Origin: Mobula hypostoma
Taxonomy: Eukaryota
Length of the DNA stretch: 64,000 bases
Assembly: GCF_963921235.1 (NCBI RefSeq)
Contig: NC_086129.1
Coordinates: forward strand, 22,754,001 to 22,818,000
Direction of reading: 5' to 3'
Made by a program: the position numbers and the translations under genes. This document shows, one piece after another, positions 34,476 through 48,053 of this stretch (within the stretch, counting starts at the first letter, position 1; every line of letters begins with the position of its first letter). The notes below the pieces were generated by a model. That model ran no database searches. It saw nothing but the letters and a program-made list of their open reading frames with translations, and was not told the DNA's origin.

Positions 34476-34802
34476 CACATACAAAATGCTGAAGGAACAT
34501 CAGATCAGACAGTGTAAATAGTCAGTGTTTCAGGCCAAGAACCTTCCATTGGATGTTGACTAGCTCCATCTCTTGAGTTCACTCCTATTTTAGCTCTCAC
34601 TGGGTGGAACCTTGAGTGTGGGGGCTGTAGATGGCTTTAATTGTGCTGGACTGTGAGTTGCTGAAATTCCAGAAATCAGTCCATCACTTACTGTTCCATA
34701 GCTCCTCAGTTTTCTGCTGGTCCTCCCCTTCATGAACCTGTTGAGCTGCATCACTTCCATTGAATCAAGCTAGAACTTCCTGTCCAGGAATTTTTTTTCT
34801 TT

Positions 34803-35880
34803 TAGAGTCATAGCGCACTCAGCACAGAAACAGACCCTTCGGCTCACATAGCCCATGCCAACTATTCTGCCTAGCCCACCTAGCACTGGGACCATCTCCT
34901 CCATGCCCCTCCCATCCAAGTATCTATCCAAACCTCTTAAATATTGACATCGAACCCGTATCCACCACTTCCACTGGCAGCTCATTCCTTCCTCTCACCA
35001 CCCTCTGAATAAAGAAGTTCCACCTCATATTTGCCTTCAATATTTCACCTTTTACCTTTAACCTATGACACCTGGTTCTAGTCTCACCAAATTCAATGGA
35101 AAAGATTGCTTGCATTTATCCTATTTATATGCATCATAATGTTTTATTCTTGTTGATATCTTTCCTGTAGGTAGGTGCTATAATTGCGCACAATACTCCA
35201 AATTTGGCCTCGCATCTTGGACAACTTCAACATAACATCCCCACTCCTGTACTTGATATCTTGATTTATGAAGCCCAATATGCCAAAAGCTCTCTTTATG
35301 ATTCTATCTACCCTATCTAACTGTGGTTGCACTTTCAAGGAATTATGGATCTGTACATCCAGATCCCTTTGTTCTATCACACTCCTTGGTGCCGTACCGT
35401 TCACTGTGCAAGTCCTACCCTGGTTGGTCCTACTGAAGTGCAACACCTCACACTTGTCTACATTAAATTCCATCTGCCATTTTTTTGCAGCGGGACCAGA
35501 TCCCATTGCAAGCTTTGATAGTCTTCCTCACTGTTTGCTACATCCCTGATCTTGGTGTCATCCACATATTTCCTGATTTCAATTTATCACATTATCATCC
35601 AGATTGTTGATATAGATGACAAACAACGATGGACCCATCACCGATCCCTGTGGCACTCCACTAGTCACAGGCCTCCAGTCAGAGAGGCAACCATCTACTA
35701 CCACTCTCTGGCTTCTCCCTCAAAACCAATGTTGAATCTGGTTTACCACCTCAGCCTAAATTGCCAGTGACTGAACCTTCTTGATCAGCCTCCCAAATGG
35801 GACCTTGTCAAAGGCCTTGCTAAAGTCCATGTAGACAACATCCACTGCCTTTCCTTCATCAACTTTCTGGTAACCTTCTC
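34803..35880 (-). mobile_element. CR1 LINE 3' fragment
   Basis: KWQMEFNVDKCEVLHF..RDL.V and NFFIQRVV; rc of DVVYMDFSKAFDKV near 35800-35845. Confidence 0.9.
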
Positions 35881-37949
35881 AGAAGGACCTTACACATATT
35901 TTAAGGGAACTGCCTGTAATAACCAGACCGTTACTGACACATTGGAACTAAGGAGACAGGATAAGCAAGTATCTCAAGACTTTATCTGGTCTTTAGTCAG
36001 ATCACATAGACTGCCTCATGAGACATGTGGCCTGATAACAGGAAATGGGGGGTTCTTACAGATACTAGTGGTCACCTGTGAGGTAACCAGATCATGGAAA
36101 TGAACTGTGAATTGCACCAAAGTACTGATTTTGAACATGACATGTTTTCTGACGTGGGAAACACAATTTCAGGGAGCGAGACCTGGTTCTAAATTGTTGA
36201 GATATTGACACACCCACCACAGAGAAAAAATTAGATGGGGTTCAATAATTACTCCAGTTGGAGGGATTTTGGAGCAGATAAAAATAGAGAGAAACAAAAT
36301 GACAATTGAAAGCTAAAGAGAACTGATGGCTTGCAGTCGGCTGTGGGTGAATAAAATGAAAAAGGAGTACCAGAGGGATTTATATCCATATTGGGATTGT
36401 GTGCCTAACTAGATGTTTCAGTTTGTGAGTTATTATGCTATATTTCCAATGCATTGTAAACTTTTGAATCTCTCATATGCAGTAATCTTTGAAACTGTGG
36501 CTTGTGCCTCACAATATTACATTAGTCTTCAGCAACAAGCAATCTGGCAAAAATCAAAGGGTCAAGCAGCATTAGACTTGGGGAGATGTTTCTGAGATAA
36601 GATCTTTAACATTAACTAATTAACACAGGAGTGCCAATTAATTAATATTCTGGAATCACGGTAATGTAGCAGCTGGTGCAACTATCTTTAATTGGCCCTC
36701 CGAGCTTGGATATATATGTATGCTCCTTCCTTGTCACTGGGTCAAAATCCTGGAAATCTCTACCTAACAGCATCAGGAGTACTTTCAACAATAGGTCTGG
36801 CATCCCAAAGTTCTGGCTTGTTTGGTCGCACATAAACTAAAGTCCATTCAGTGAGGTAATGCTAAGAGTTCCAACTAACAAGATGCTACGCTGCAGTGAA
36901 TGTGGTGAGTTTTTAATTGAGACAGGTATTGAGAGATCTCTCTTGCTTCATTTGGTTATGCCATGAATTGTTTCTAACTTCTGCAGGGAAAGGGTTTACT
37001 TTCTCCACCAGCTTCACCTAGATTATGTACTGAAGTCCTGAGCCGGGGCACAAAACCCAGCCTTGCTCTAAGCCTTACAGGTGTGCTGATTAGGACATTG
37101 TAGAAACAGATTAAATTCTTCCAGCAACTTTCATGTTCACATTTTACAGTTGCTGAAAAAAATACATAAAATAGTCTCAGAAATGTCCACCCTCACTGAT
37201 TTTTAAAAAGTACATTTCAGTTTGTGCATTCCTGTTTGCGTTGAGCCACAGCCTTCTCTCTGACCTGGTGATGGAGTTCATACTTCCCTCTAATAGGAAA
37301 ACAATGTCTCATTATGTTTCTCGTACAGCCTTACCCCCAAAGTAAGCAAAGGAAGCTGCTGAGCAATTAAAACCAGGCTCTATTTTAATGCAAAGCCTTC
37401 GGGCCATCTGGTTTCCAGACTGGACACAATGGCTGAACATTCTTGAACTGATGCTTTCAGCTGATGAAGAATGATCCAGGAGATGCACAAGACACATCCT
37501 TTGTTCATTGTTTTCCTTCCCAGATGTAGTTTCTTTTTATGGTGCTTGACACGCTTCAAAAAGAAATTCTGTCTCCATGAAGAAATCTGTGGTTGATTCT
37601 TCCTGATATCTCTGTATTTATCAGCCACTCCCTCTCAATCCATTTTCATCACTCCATTACCGTGACCCTTGCCCTTGTCGTACTAACAAGGTCAGCAGAA
37701 GCTGACAGTGGCCTTTCTTCTAGAGAAGCTGATCCAACAGTGACGATGCCAGGGACTGATGATGAAATGACATCAATTAGAGGGAGGTGATGGTGTTCCT
37801 ATACACACTGCATGTCACTCTGAATGTGGATGTTGCCCATTAGAAACCCTGGTCAGTTTTAGCAATGCATATTTTATATATTACACTATTAGCACAGTGG
37901 AACAGAGGAAGATAATAAAGAGAGAAGATGTTTAAGCCTTTTTTATGTC

Positions 37950-38650
37950 CATTTTTGGGCTCTGGGCATCACTGGCAAAGCCAGCACTTAATGTCCGTTG
38001 GGAAGGTGCTGAGCCATCTTCTTGAACCTCTGCAGCATTTCTGGAGAAGTTACATGCTGTTGAGTAGGGTGGTACAGGATAGAGCCAGCGAGAGTGAAGG
38101 AGCAGGGATATATTTCCAAATCAGGGTGGTTTGTGCTTTTGCAGGGGGGGTGGAACCCATAGGCAATGGTGTTCCCACAAACTTGTTCCCCTTGCTCTTC
38201 ATTGTGATGGATATTGCTGGTTTAAGAGGTACCGTCCGAGTAGCCTGTGCAAAGAATTGTAGTGGACTTTATCAATGGTACACACAACAGCCACGATGAA
38301 CCAGTGGTGGACAGTGTGAAAACTTAGGATGATTAAAGTGGTCCAATCAAGTAGGCTGCCCAATCTGGGATGGCATTGATGTTCTTTAACAGTTGTTCGT
38401 GCTGAACTCATCCAGGTAAATGGAGAGTGCTCCATCACAAAACTGGTGAATGAAGTGACAATTAAACAAAATTGTTTAGTCCAGGATGGCATCAGACTTC
38501 TTGAGTGCTGCAGGTGCACCTATTCATATGAGTGGAACGTATTCCATCAACTTCCTGATGAGTCTAAAGGGGATGGAGAGAATATGAGGCAGTGTGATGC
38601 CTGCTGCAGACAACCCTGCCTCTGACTCCACACTATCGTTAGTCCAGTTG
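37950..38650 (-). mobile_element. Old LINE (CR1-group) remnant
   Basis: Decayed motifs (cactggcaaagccagca, cttcttgaac..ctgcag, catccagg.aaatggagagt.ttccatcaca) recalled as an elasmobranch LINE 3' region. Confidence 0.45.
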
Positions 38651-39093
38651 AGGAGAAGGCGCTAGGGAGATTTTCATTGCAAAGCACCTTTGAAATGCCT
38701 TCTGAACATTACATTTCTGTGAGCCTTTGCTAATCTTGGAGACCTGAGTTATAAATTAGTCAACAAGCAAGATGGATAAACTTTACGCAAAGCTTGTCTC
38801 AGAAGAGTTTGCAATAATACAATATCCATGAGCACTCATAATCACTCATAAAGGTATAAGAACATAACAAATGGGAGCAGAAGTGGGTCATTTGGTCTCT
38901 TGTGCCTTCTCTGCCATTGGAAACAATGGCTGCTCTTTTACCTTAGTGTCACTCTCCTATAGTTTTTGCCCCTCCCCCAGGATCTCTAATTCCCTCCGAT
39001 GTCCTGTTCACTGGTCATTCTTGCTTATAAGACCTGCCAATGAGAAATAAACTCCACCATGGACAGTCACAAGCCCAGCTGCAAAATGGAGGC

Positions 39094-39904
39094 GGAGTTA
39101 AGATGGCGCTAAATGGCGACTCCTTTGCTTGCATCTTCGGAAAAAGCTCTATTTCCATCTTTAATATCTTTACTTTTCCCTTTCAGGGTTCTTTTGAAGA
39201 CCCTGACCTGGAGTTACACGCAGACTTTGGTTCTTTGCAGGAATGGGACCCGTTCTCAGGGTTTCAGGACCGGCCGTTATTCGACATGCCAAGGGTTCAG
39301 ACTGAGAGTCGGCCTAGTGTTCGGAAGCCTAAGATCACGGGGCTCTGGAGACGGGCGGATCAAGGGTCGGTGTCACAGCAGCAGACTCGTGTGTCGTCAG
39401 GGAGGCCAGAAAATCTTTCGCTGTGGGCCCGAAGACCCGAGATCTTTGCGATCTTCGGGCACAGTTAAAAGCAACAAAACGGACTACTTTTTAACATCAT
39501 AAACCAGCGGGTTGTTGTTATGTCTCCTGCTCGCTGTAAAAATGGAGGACGCCTCCCTCTCCCTTATTAGGGAGAGAGAGAACCTGTGGGTTGTTGAATG
39601 CCAGATGAAATACAATAGTCTTTGGGGTAACTGCAAGGTCTGTGTCTTTGCTATCACCTAGCTCACGCTTGTGCTTGGTAGTGGGTGTGCTTTTTTTCGC
39701 CGGGGGGTGTAGGGTATCATTGCTTGCTGCCGCTTACATACAGGAGGGGGGAGTTGGGGGGGGACTTTGGAGTTCTCATGTTTAACTGTCGTTCACTCTT
39801 TGGGGCACTTCTCTGGTTTTTGTGGATGTTTGTGAAGAAAAAGCATTTCAGAATGTATATTGTATACATTTCTCTGACATTAAATTGGACCTTTGAACCT
39901 TTGA
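39094..39904 (+). mobile_element. Non-autonomous retroposon with AAGATGGCG head, nested in an RTE 5'-UTR-like fragment (39035-39990)
   Basis: Head GGAGTTAAGATGGCG, CpG-rich 5' half, ATTAAA and (CTTTGAAC)n tail; approximate duplication aaa(t)ggagg on both sides. Confidence 0.7.
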
Positions 39905-41124
39905 AAAGGAGGAGGGTTGGGCATGGGACTAGCAACTCTATCCAGCAAAAACCCAGAGCTACAGAAATGCCAACAGAAGCTCCAAAGACGTAACAACAGT
40001 CAAGACAGAAGGCAAGACAATTTGATATGAGAAAGTAAATTAAGTTTCAAGGAAACATTTCCAGTACACAAACCTCCCTGAGACTCGAGGTTCGGTGGGC
40101 TTTGAATATCTCAGACTGCAATGAAATGTTTGTTTGTAGATCTTTACGGTCATTTAAATGGAAAATGGGAAGATTGTCCACACAAAGAGGAAACCTGTTC
40201 AATCTCTAGTCCTGACAGGAAATAATCTCTCTGGAAGTTCTCTACAACATCATCATAGATTTACTAGATTTTACCTTATACTCTCAGGTTAAGAGTCTGA
40301 GTTGGTTCAAAACCCTACAAAATCAACATCTTTATGCCAATGAGGTGCTATATGTCACAGTGATCTGAATATTTATAATAAATCAACTGAAATATTGTTT
40401 TTAAGGAATGGATCAATAACTTGATCTACTATTTCAATAAGAAATGATACCAAAATATAAACGATGGGACCTGAGAGTTTGTTGTTGCTGAACTATGAAG
40501 AGTTTGTAAGAAAATATGTTGGGTTACGAATGGGGTGCTGTTTCTAGTAAACAAAAAAAAAGCCATCTTTAGGAGCCAGCCAATATTCCCAGGAAAATTA
40601 AGAAACATCCGTCTGTATCTCATTTCAGAGAATGGAATTACCCTTGTGGCTTCAACCTTCTAAAGGAATCTACAGGGAACATTGAGCATGAATTGTGCCC
40701 TTTGACCTGCCAGTCTTATGGCTCCTGCAGTTGCAAGCAGCAATTCATCAATGTCAAACAGGCCTCGGGGATCATATTCTTCCTTGCCATTGCTCCCTGT
40801 GTATTAATAAGAGACTAGCAGGATTCTGCTATCCCCCAGGGCCTGTGTTATTGAATGTGGTGCCAGGTATTATAGGGTTAAATCTAGTCAGGGGTTCTTA
40901 GTGGCCAGCGAAGGGATTAGGGAACTACTTTGGCATGATACGTCAAAATGCAGCGACCAGCTTTGTTGGGTGACTCCCTCTTTGTACAACGTGTAGTGGG
41001 AGGAAAGTTTCTTCCTCAGCAAACAACATGGGAACACTGCAAATGTCTTGTCCTGTCCAAGCTATCCAAAGGCCTAAGATGGAATTCAGATGTTGAGGGA
41101 GGTTTGGATGCATTTAGTAAGACC

Positions 41125-41580
41125 TAGAGTCATCGAGCACTGGAATGGACCCTTCAGCTAATTGAGTCTGTGCTGATATTTTTCCCCATCTACACTAATC
41201 CCATTTGTCTGCCTTAGGCCCATATAAATGTTTGTATAAATGTCTCTTAAGCTTTGCAATTGTGTCTGACTACATCGCCTCCTTTGGAAGCATATTCCAG
41301 ATATCAGCTGTCCTGTGTCAAAAATACTTTCCCCTCAGATCCCCTTTAAATCTCTTCCTTCTCACTTTAAGAGCAAGCCTTCTAGTTTTAACACCCTCCC
41401 ATGAAGAAAGGATTTTGATCATCTGTGCTGTCCATGTCACACATTATATAAAGCTAGTCAGTTCACCCCTGAGCATCCTTCATTTCAGCCTCTCCAATCT
41501 CTCTCCAGAACTGAAGTCTGCTGGCCCTGATAAAATGCTGGTGAATCTCCTTGGCACTCTCTCCAGTCAATCCCATCCTT
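41125..41580 (-). mobile_element. CR1 3' fragment, old
   Basis: rc of CR1 3' region and UTR (ccctcagatcccctttaaa, gaatggacccttcagc). Confidence 0.7.
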
Positions 41581-41922
41581 AAAGGCATTAGCAGCTCTCA
41601 TTCATCAGAAGGGGGGGGGGGGGAAGCAAATACTTGTACCAGACAATAAGTTCAAGGTGGGGTTGGGACCCACTGTGGGTGCAGAGTGAACATTCTATTT
41701 ACTCATTAAACCATCAAACTATTTAACCAGACTCTCCACAAAGAACAGCAAGCAACACCCAAACCCTCAATGAAAGTCAGGTTACCGCTCCAGTAAGGTC
41801 AGTGACCTGAAACATTAAATTGTTTAGCCTTCCACATACGCTGTCTAACGTGCTGACTATTCGCAGCATTCCCCATTTTAACTCAGATTTCCAACATCTG
41901 CGGGTTTATTGAAATTGGTTTA

Positions 41923-42110
41923 TTTACTTGTTTTATTTTATTTAGCGATACAGCATGGTATGTCTTTGGACTGCGGGAGGAAACTGGAGCACCCAGGGAA
42001 GACCCATGCATTCCACAGGGAGGACGTACAAACTCTTCACAGAACGCCGTCGGAACTGAACTCCAAACTCCGGAACGCCTCGCGTTGCAATAGCGTTGCG
42101 CTAACCGCTA
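41923..42110 (-). mobile_element. tRNA-derived SINE nested in a Rex1-type tail (41910-42400)
   Basis: rc starts TAGCGGTTAGCGCAACGCTATT.CA...GAGTTCAGTTCCG (A/B-box-like). Confidence 0.75.
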
Positions 42111-43302
42111 TTGTCACATGTACCAAGACAAAGTGAAAAGCTTGTATGGACATACTGCATACTTCATTACAGATCAAATCATTGCACATTGAAGTAGAAC
42201 GAGGTAAAACAATAACAGAATGCGGAATAAAGTGTAAAAGCTCCAGAGAAAGTGCATTGCAAGTAAACAATAAAGTGCAAGAACATAATAAGGTCGGTTA
42301 TAAGATCAAGGGTCCACCTTATCATGCAAGAGATCTGTTCAAGAGTCTGATTTCAGCCGTATAGAAGCTGTCCTTGACCCTGATAATACATGCTTTTTGT
42401 TTTCTTCTCCATCAAATTGCAGGGTGAAGGAAGATCACATAATTCTACCCTTCCATTATTGTCACTTTAGCACTTCTTTTTGAACTACTACAGTATACTT
42501 TGCATCTTTCTGTTGTTTTGCGCTGGTTGCTGTATTTATTGGTGTATTCATCATTACCATGCATACTGTTCACTCAGTGAGCTTCATGGGAGCAAGAAAT
42601 TTTATTTCACCCTAGTCCAAGTAACAATAAATTAATCTGAATCTGTATCTAATGTGAAGTCTGTACAAAATATCAAACCAACCGATTAAAGCTCTAGTGG
42701 GGAGATTCCAATTAATGTTCTATCATCCGCATTGTGGTTAGAATCTTGGGTGTTGTTCATTCAATCAATGCAATGCCTTCCAAAAGGCATCACCCCACCT
42801 GTCCTCCCCCACCAAGCAACGCCGCTCCATGCTTTCTGTAACACCTCCCACATTATACCCAGTGACACAACCTGGCAACACAGGTTCTCTTTTCCCCATC
42901 CAGTGCCCTCCCCAACTTCTCTACTACCCAGACTAACCTGTTTCTCTCTTTCCCAGTTCTGAAAATGAAGCTTTTGGTGGTGGGTCAACAACTGATATGG
43001 TCAGTGGCCCAATCTGTACTCTCATTAAGGTGCACTATTATTTCTGAGCAATATTTGAAAGTATTTTCACAGACAAACTCCATTATACTTGTTACCTAGG
43101 GCATTGTGTTCAGGGTCAATTACATGCTGAACAATTTTTGTGGTTGGTTGCTTCATATACTGCGTGGTTGTCTTGAAGAGATAATTTTGCATAATTTTGT
43201 CTTTACTCAGCATAACTATTAAAACTGTGGTAAACTTTGTTTTTAAGGTATGGTTTTCTTTAGCACTTTTACCTTGAAGACTTAACCCTTCATTGGGTAT
43301 AA

Positions 43303-43668
43303 TTTGGCTGAAAGAAGATCTAGTTTGGAGCTTAACATCCAAGGATACACATTGTGTCAAAATGCCAGGCAGGTAGGCAAGGGCACAGCCTCAAAATTGA
43401 GGGGTGACCTTTTAGAACGAGGTAAGAAGCAATTTTATTTTAACCAAAGAGCAGTGAATCTGTGGAATGCTCTGCCACAGACTGCAGTGAAGGCCAAGTC
43501 CATGGGTGGAATTTGATCATCTCTTGATCAGTCAGGGCATCAGCGGAAATGGCGCAGAGGCAGGTGTATAGGGTGAGCGTGATCTGGGATCAGCCGTGAT
43601 GGAATGGTAGAGCAGGCTTGATGGGCTGAATGGCCTAATTCTGCTCCTATGTCTTATGGTCTGATGGT
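43303..43668 (+). mobile_element. Internally deleted CR1 (endonuclease start joined to 3' end)
   Basis: WELNIQGYTL...RQVG joined at ~43380 to GHSLK....FNQRAVNLWNALPQ and (CTTATGGT)-like tail. Confidence 0.7.
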
Positions 43669-44320
43669 TCCTGACCTGTAACGTTATTTGCTTTTCTCTC
43701 CGTGGATGCTGCCTGACCTGCAGAGAGTTTCAGCATTTTCTGACACAACATAGAAAATGTTCTGATCTGTGCCCGGAGGTGTCATGCTTTCTAAATGCCA
43801 GGAGCACGTTAGACATTTAGAAGGAGGAAAGACTAAACTGTTGAAAAATAAATAGTTCTGTTAGATTCAATGGTATCAGTTCACCCCAACCTGACACTTG
43901 GGCGTGCTTCCACACAGCCTTTCCCCACTCTACTCCTTGCTCTGTAGGTCCACACCACACACGCATGTGCGGTGGAAGTTCTGTAGTTTGTCAACCTCTT
44001 ACCTGCTGCACCTTTCTGAAAATATGACCTTACCAAGATACAGTTATTTGACTAACCAGCCACTGCCTACAAAGTACATATTGCCTCTGGTACAATCTTA
44101 TTTTTTAAACTATGCAAACGATAAGGATAACAGACTAAGGCTGCTCTGACCACACAGTTGCAAATCACTTGGCCCGACTTGTCAGTGACAATCACAAGAG
44201 TTGATGCTATCTATGGGACATGCAAATAGGTTTAAAAAATGTGATAGAGTGGTTTGGATTCAGTGTGGAATTTCACCTATTGGTATTGGTTCCATTATTG
44301 TCACATGTACAGAGATACAT

Positions 44321-44566
44321 GGGCAGTAGCGTAGTGGTCAGCATAACGCTTTACAGTGCCAACGACCCAGGTTCACCACTATCTGTAAGGAATTTGTATG
44401 TTCTCCCCGTGACCGTATGGGTTCCCTCCGGTTGGTTAGTTAATTGTCACTGTAAATTGTCCCGCGATTAGGCTGGGGTTAAGTCGGGGATTGCTGGGTG
44501 GCTCAGCTCGAAGGGCTGGAAGGGCCTTTTCCACGCTGTCTCTCAATAAGTAAATAAAAAATAAAA
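44321..44566 (+). mobile_element. tRNA-derived SINE nested in a Rex1-type tail
   Basis: A-box TAGCGTAGTGG, GGTTCA, CR1-like 3' end, A-rich tail; flanked by ATACA. Confidence 0.75.
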
Positions 44567-45305
44567 ATACAGTGAAAAGTCTTTGTTGTGGATGCCATCC
44601 AGGAAGATTGTGCTATTCAATATTGAGGTAGTCAGAAGTAAAACAAAATGCAGAATATAGTGCTGGAGCTACAGAGAATGTGCAGTGCAGGTAATCAAAT
44701 GAAGTGCAAAGGCCAAACTGAGGTCAACTGGGAGATCAAAATATACTGTACCTTTCGCATAAAGAGTTCCATTCAAGAGTCAAATAACAGTGGGAACTGT
44801 AATTGGTGGAAACATAGGCATAATTCACTACCACCGACATTGAGTTGGGGTTCACTTTAAGAAGCTGGTCTGATGTAATGATGTGAAATTTTTACTGTGC
44901 TTTATGTTCTGTATTTGGTGGACAATAAAGGAGTTGTTACGGTTTCCTTAAACATAAAATGTCTCTGCCGTTTTATTTACAAAAACCTACAGGATAAAAG
45001 CTGTCCTTGTGCCTGTTTGTACATGCTTTCAAGATCTTGTATCTTCTGCCTGACGAGAGGAAGAAGAGAGAATGAACAGGGTGGGAGGGGTCCCTGATTA
45101 TGTTGACTGCTTACCTGAGGTACTGAGAAATGTTGACAGTCAATGGAGGGGAGGCTGGTTTTAGTGATGGACTGAGCTGTGTTCACAACTCACTGCAATT
45201 CTTTGCAGTCTTGGGCAGAGCAGTTGCCATGTCAAGCTGTGATGCCACTGGATAGGACACTTTCTGTGGTGCATCTGCAAAAACTGGTAAGAGTCATCGG
45301 AGATA

Positions 45306-47715
45306 TCAGAATCAGAATCAGGTTTATTATCACCGGCATGTGACGTGAAATTTGTTAACTTAGCAGCAGCAGTTCAATGCAATACATAATGTAGCAGAGA
45401 GAGAAATAATAATAATAATAAATAAAATCAAATAATAATTAATAATAATAAACAAGTAAATCAATTATGTATATTGAATAGATTCTTTTAAAATGTGCAA
45501 AAACAGAAGTACTGTACATTAAAAAAAGTGAGTTAGTGCCTAAAGCTTCAATGTCCATTTAGGAATCGGATGGCAGAGGGGAAGAAGCTGTTTCTGAATC
45601 GCTGAGTGTGTGCCTTCAGGCTTCTGTATCTCCTACCTGATGGTAACAGTGAGAAAAGGGCATGCCCTGAGTGCTGGAGGTCTTTAATAATGAACGCTGT
45701 CTTTCTGAGACACCGTTCCCTAAAGATGTCCTGGATACTTTGTAGGCTAGTACCCAAGATGGAGCTGACTAGATTTACAACCTTCTGCAGCTTCTTTCGG
45801 TCCTGTGCAGTAGCCCCTCCATACCAGACAGTGATGCAGTCTGTCAGAATGCTCTCCACAGTACAACTATAAAAGTTTTTGAGCGTATTTGTTGACGTGC
45901 CAAATCTCTTCAAACTCCTAATAACATATAGCTGCTGTCTTGCCTTCTTTATAACTGCATCGATATGTTGGGACCAGGTTAGATCCTCAGAGATCTTGAC
46001 ACCCAGGAACTTGAAGCTGCTCACTTTCTCCACTTCTGATCCCTCTGTGAGGATTGGTATGTGTTCCTTTGTCTTATCCTTCCTGAAGTCCACAATCAGC
46101 TCTTTTGTCTTACTGACGTTGAGTGCCAGGTTGTTGCTGCGGCACCACTCCATTAGTTGGCATATCTCACTCCCGTATGCCCTCTTGTCACCACCTGAGA
46201 TTCTACCAACAATGGTTTTATCATCAGCAAATTTATAGATGGTATTTGAGCTATGCCTAGCCACACAGTCATGTGTATATAGAGAGTAGAGCAGTGGGCT
46301 AAGCACACACCGCTGAGGTGTGCCAGTGTTGATTGTCAGCAAGGAGGAGATATTATCACCAATCCACACAGTCAGTCATGGATATATAGAGAGTAGAACA
46401 GTGGGCTAAACACACACCCCTGAGGTGCGCCAGTGTTGATCGTCAGCGAGGAGGAGATATTATCACCAACCTGCACAGATTGTTGTCTTCCAGTTAGGAA
46501 GTTGAGGATCCAATTACAGAGGGAGATACAGAGGCACAGATTTTGCAACTTCTCAGTCAGGATTGTGGGAATGATGGTATTAAATGCTGAGCTATAGTCG
46601 ATGAACAACATCCTGACGTAAGTGTTTGTGTTGTCTAGGTGGTCTAAAGCCGTGTGGAGAGCCATGGAGATTGCGTCTGCCGTTGACCTGTTGTGACAAT
46701 AGGCAAACTGCAATGGGTCCAGGTCCTTGCTGAGGCAGGAGTTCAGTCTAGTCATGACCAACCTCTTAAATCATTTCATCACTGCCGATGTGAGTGTTAC
46801 TGGGCGATAGTCGTTAAGGCAGCCCACGTTATTCTTCTTTGGCACTGGCATAATTGTTGCCTTTTTAAAGCAAGTGGGAACTTCTGCCTGGAGCAGTGAA
46901 AGGTTGAAAATGTCCTTGAATACTCCTGCTAGTTGGTTGGCACAGGTTTTCAGAGCCTTACCAGATACTCCATTGGGACCTTCTGCCTTGCGAGGGTTCA
47001 CTCTCTAACATCAGCCTCTGAGAGGGATATCACAGGGTCATCAGGTGCAGCAGGAATCTTCACAGCTGTAGTTGTGTTCTCCCTTTCAGAGCATGCATAG
47101 AAGGAGTTGAGTTCATCTGGTAGTGAAGCATCACTGCCATTCATACTATTGGGTTTCGCTTTGTAGGAAGTAATGTCTTGCAGTCCCTGCCAGAGTTGCC
47201 ATGCATCCAATGTTGCCTCCAACCTCGTTCAAAATTGTCTCTTTGCCCTTGAAATAGCCCTCTAAAAATCATACCTGGTTTTCTGGTACAGGCCTGGGTT
47301 GCCGGACTTGAATGCCACAGATCTCGCCTTCAGCAGATGCCTCCTGGTTCATCCACGGCTTTTGGTTTGCGAATGTACAGTAGGTCTTTGTAGGCACACA
47401 CTCATCCACACAGGTTTTAATGAGTCGGTAACAAATGCAGCAAATTCATCCAGGTTCAAAGATGAATCCCTGAATACAGTCCAGTCCACCAATTCAAAGC
47501 AATCCTATAGGTGCTCCTGTGCTTCCCTTGTCCAAACCTTCTTGGTCCTCACTACTGGTGCTGCAGTCTTCCGTTTCTGCCTATACGCAGGGAGTAGAAG
47601 TACAGCCAGGTGATCAGACTTCCCGAAGTGAGGGCGTGGAATAACACGGTAGGCATTCTTGATGGTGGTGTAGCAATGGTTCAGTGTGTTGTTTCCTCTG
47701 GTATTGCAAGTGAGC
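45306..47715 (-). mobile_element. Rex1/Babar LINE: APE C-terminus, RT and tail, with a 107-bp internal duplication
   Basis: [59 protein letters not shown]; (TCTGAT)n tail. Confidence 0.95.
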
Positions 47716-48053
47716 TGTTGATGTTAATTGCCTTAGCAATTTGCAATATCACTAAGGAAGTAGGGGTATTCGTGCATGCTTTCTTGGCTGTAGAGTCCCA
47801 GGCTGGACCAGGAGAAATTGTTGGCATTCCTATGAGTGCTACTTGGCAGAGTAATAGTGTGTAGAGGCTTCAGTTGCCCGTGGATAAGTCTCAGCTCAGA
47901 CTCCCACACCCCAACTTGCCTCTCAGTGTCATGGTTGCCCTACACCTTCAACTCCAAGCTGAAAACTACCCAAGGATTCTCACTGTCATGCTTTGCTCTT
48001 AAGATCCAAAACATATGCACCTTTGAAGTCTCTCCTGGTTCCTTAAGGTTGTT

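Noticed and set aside
37680-37790. Possible exon after TACTAAC, in phase with the 13013 donor
   Set aside because: Branch motif lies too close to the AG, acceptor and donor are weak, and the peptide is not recognisable.
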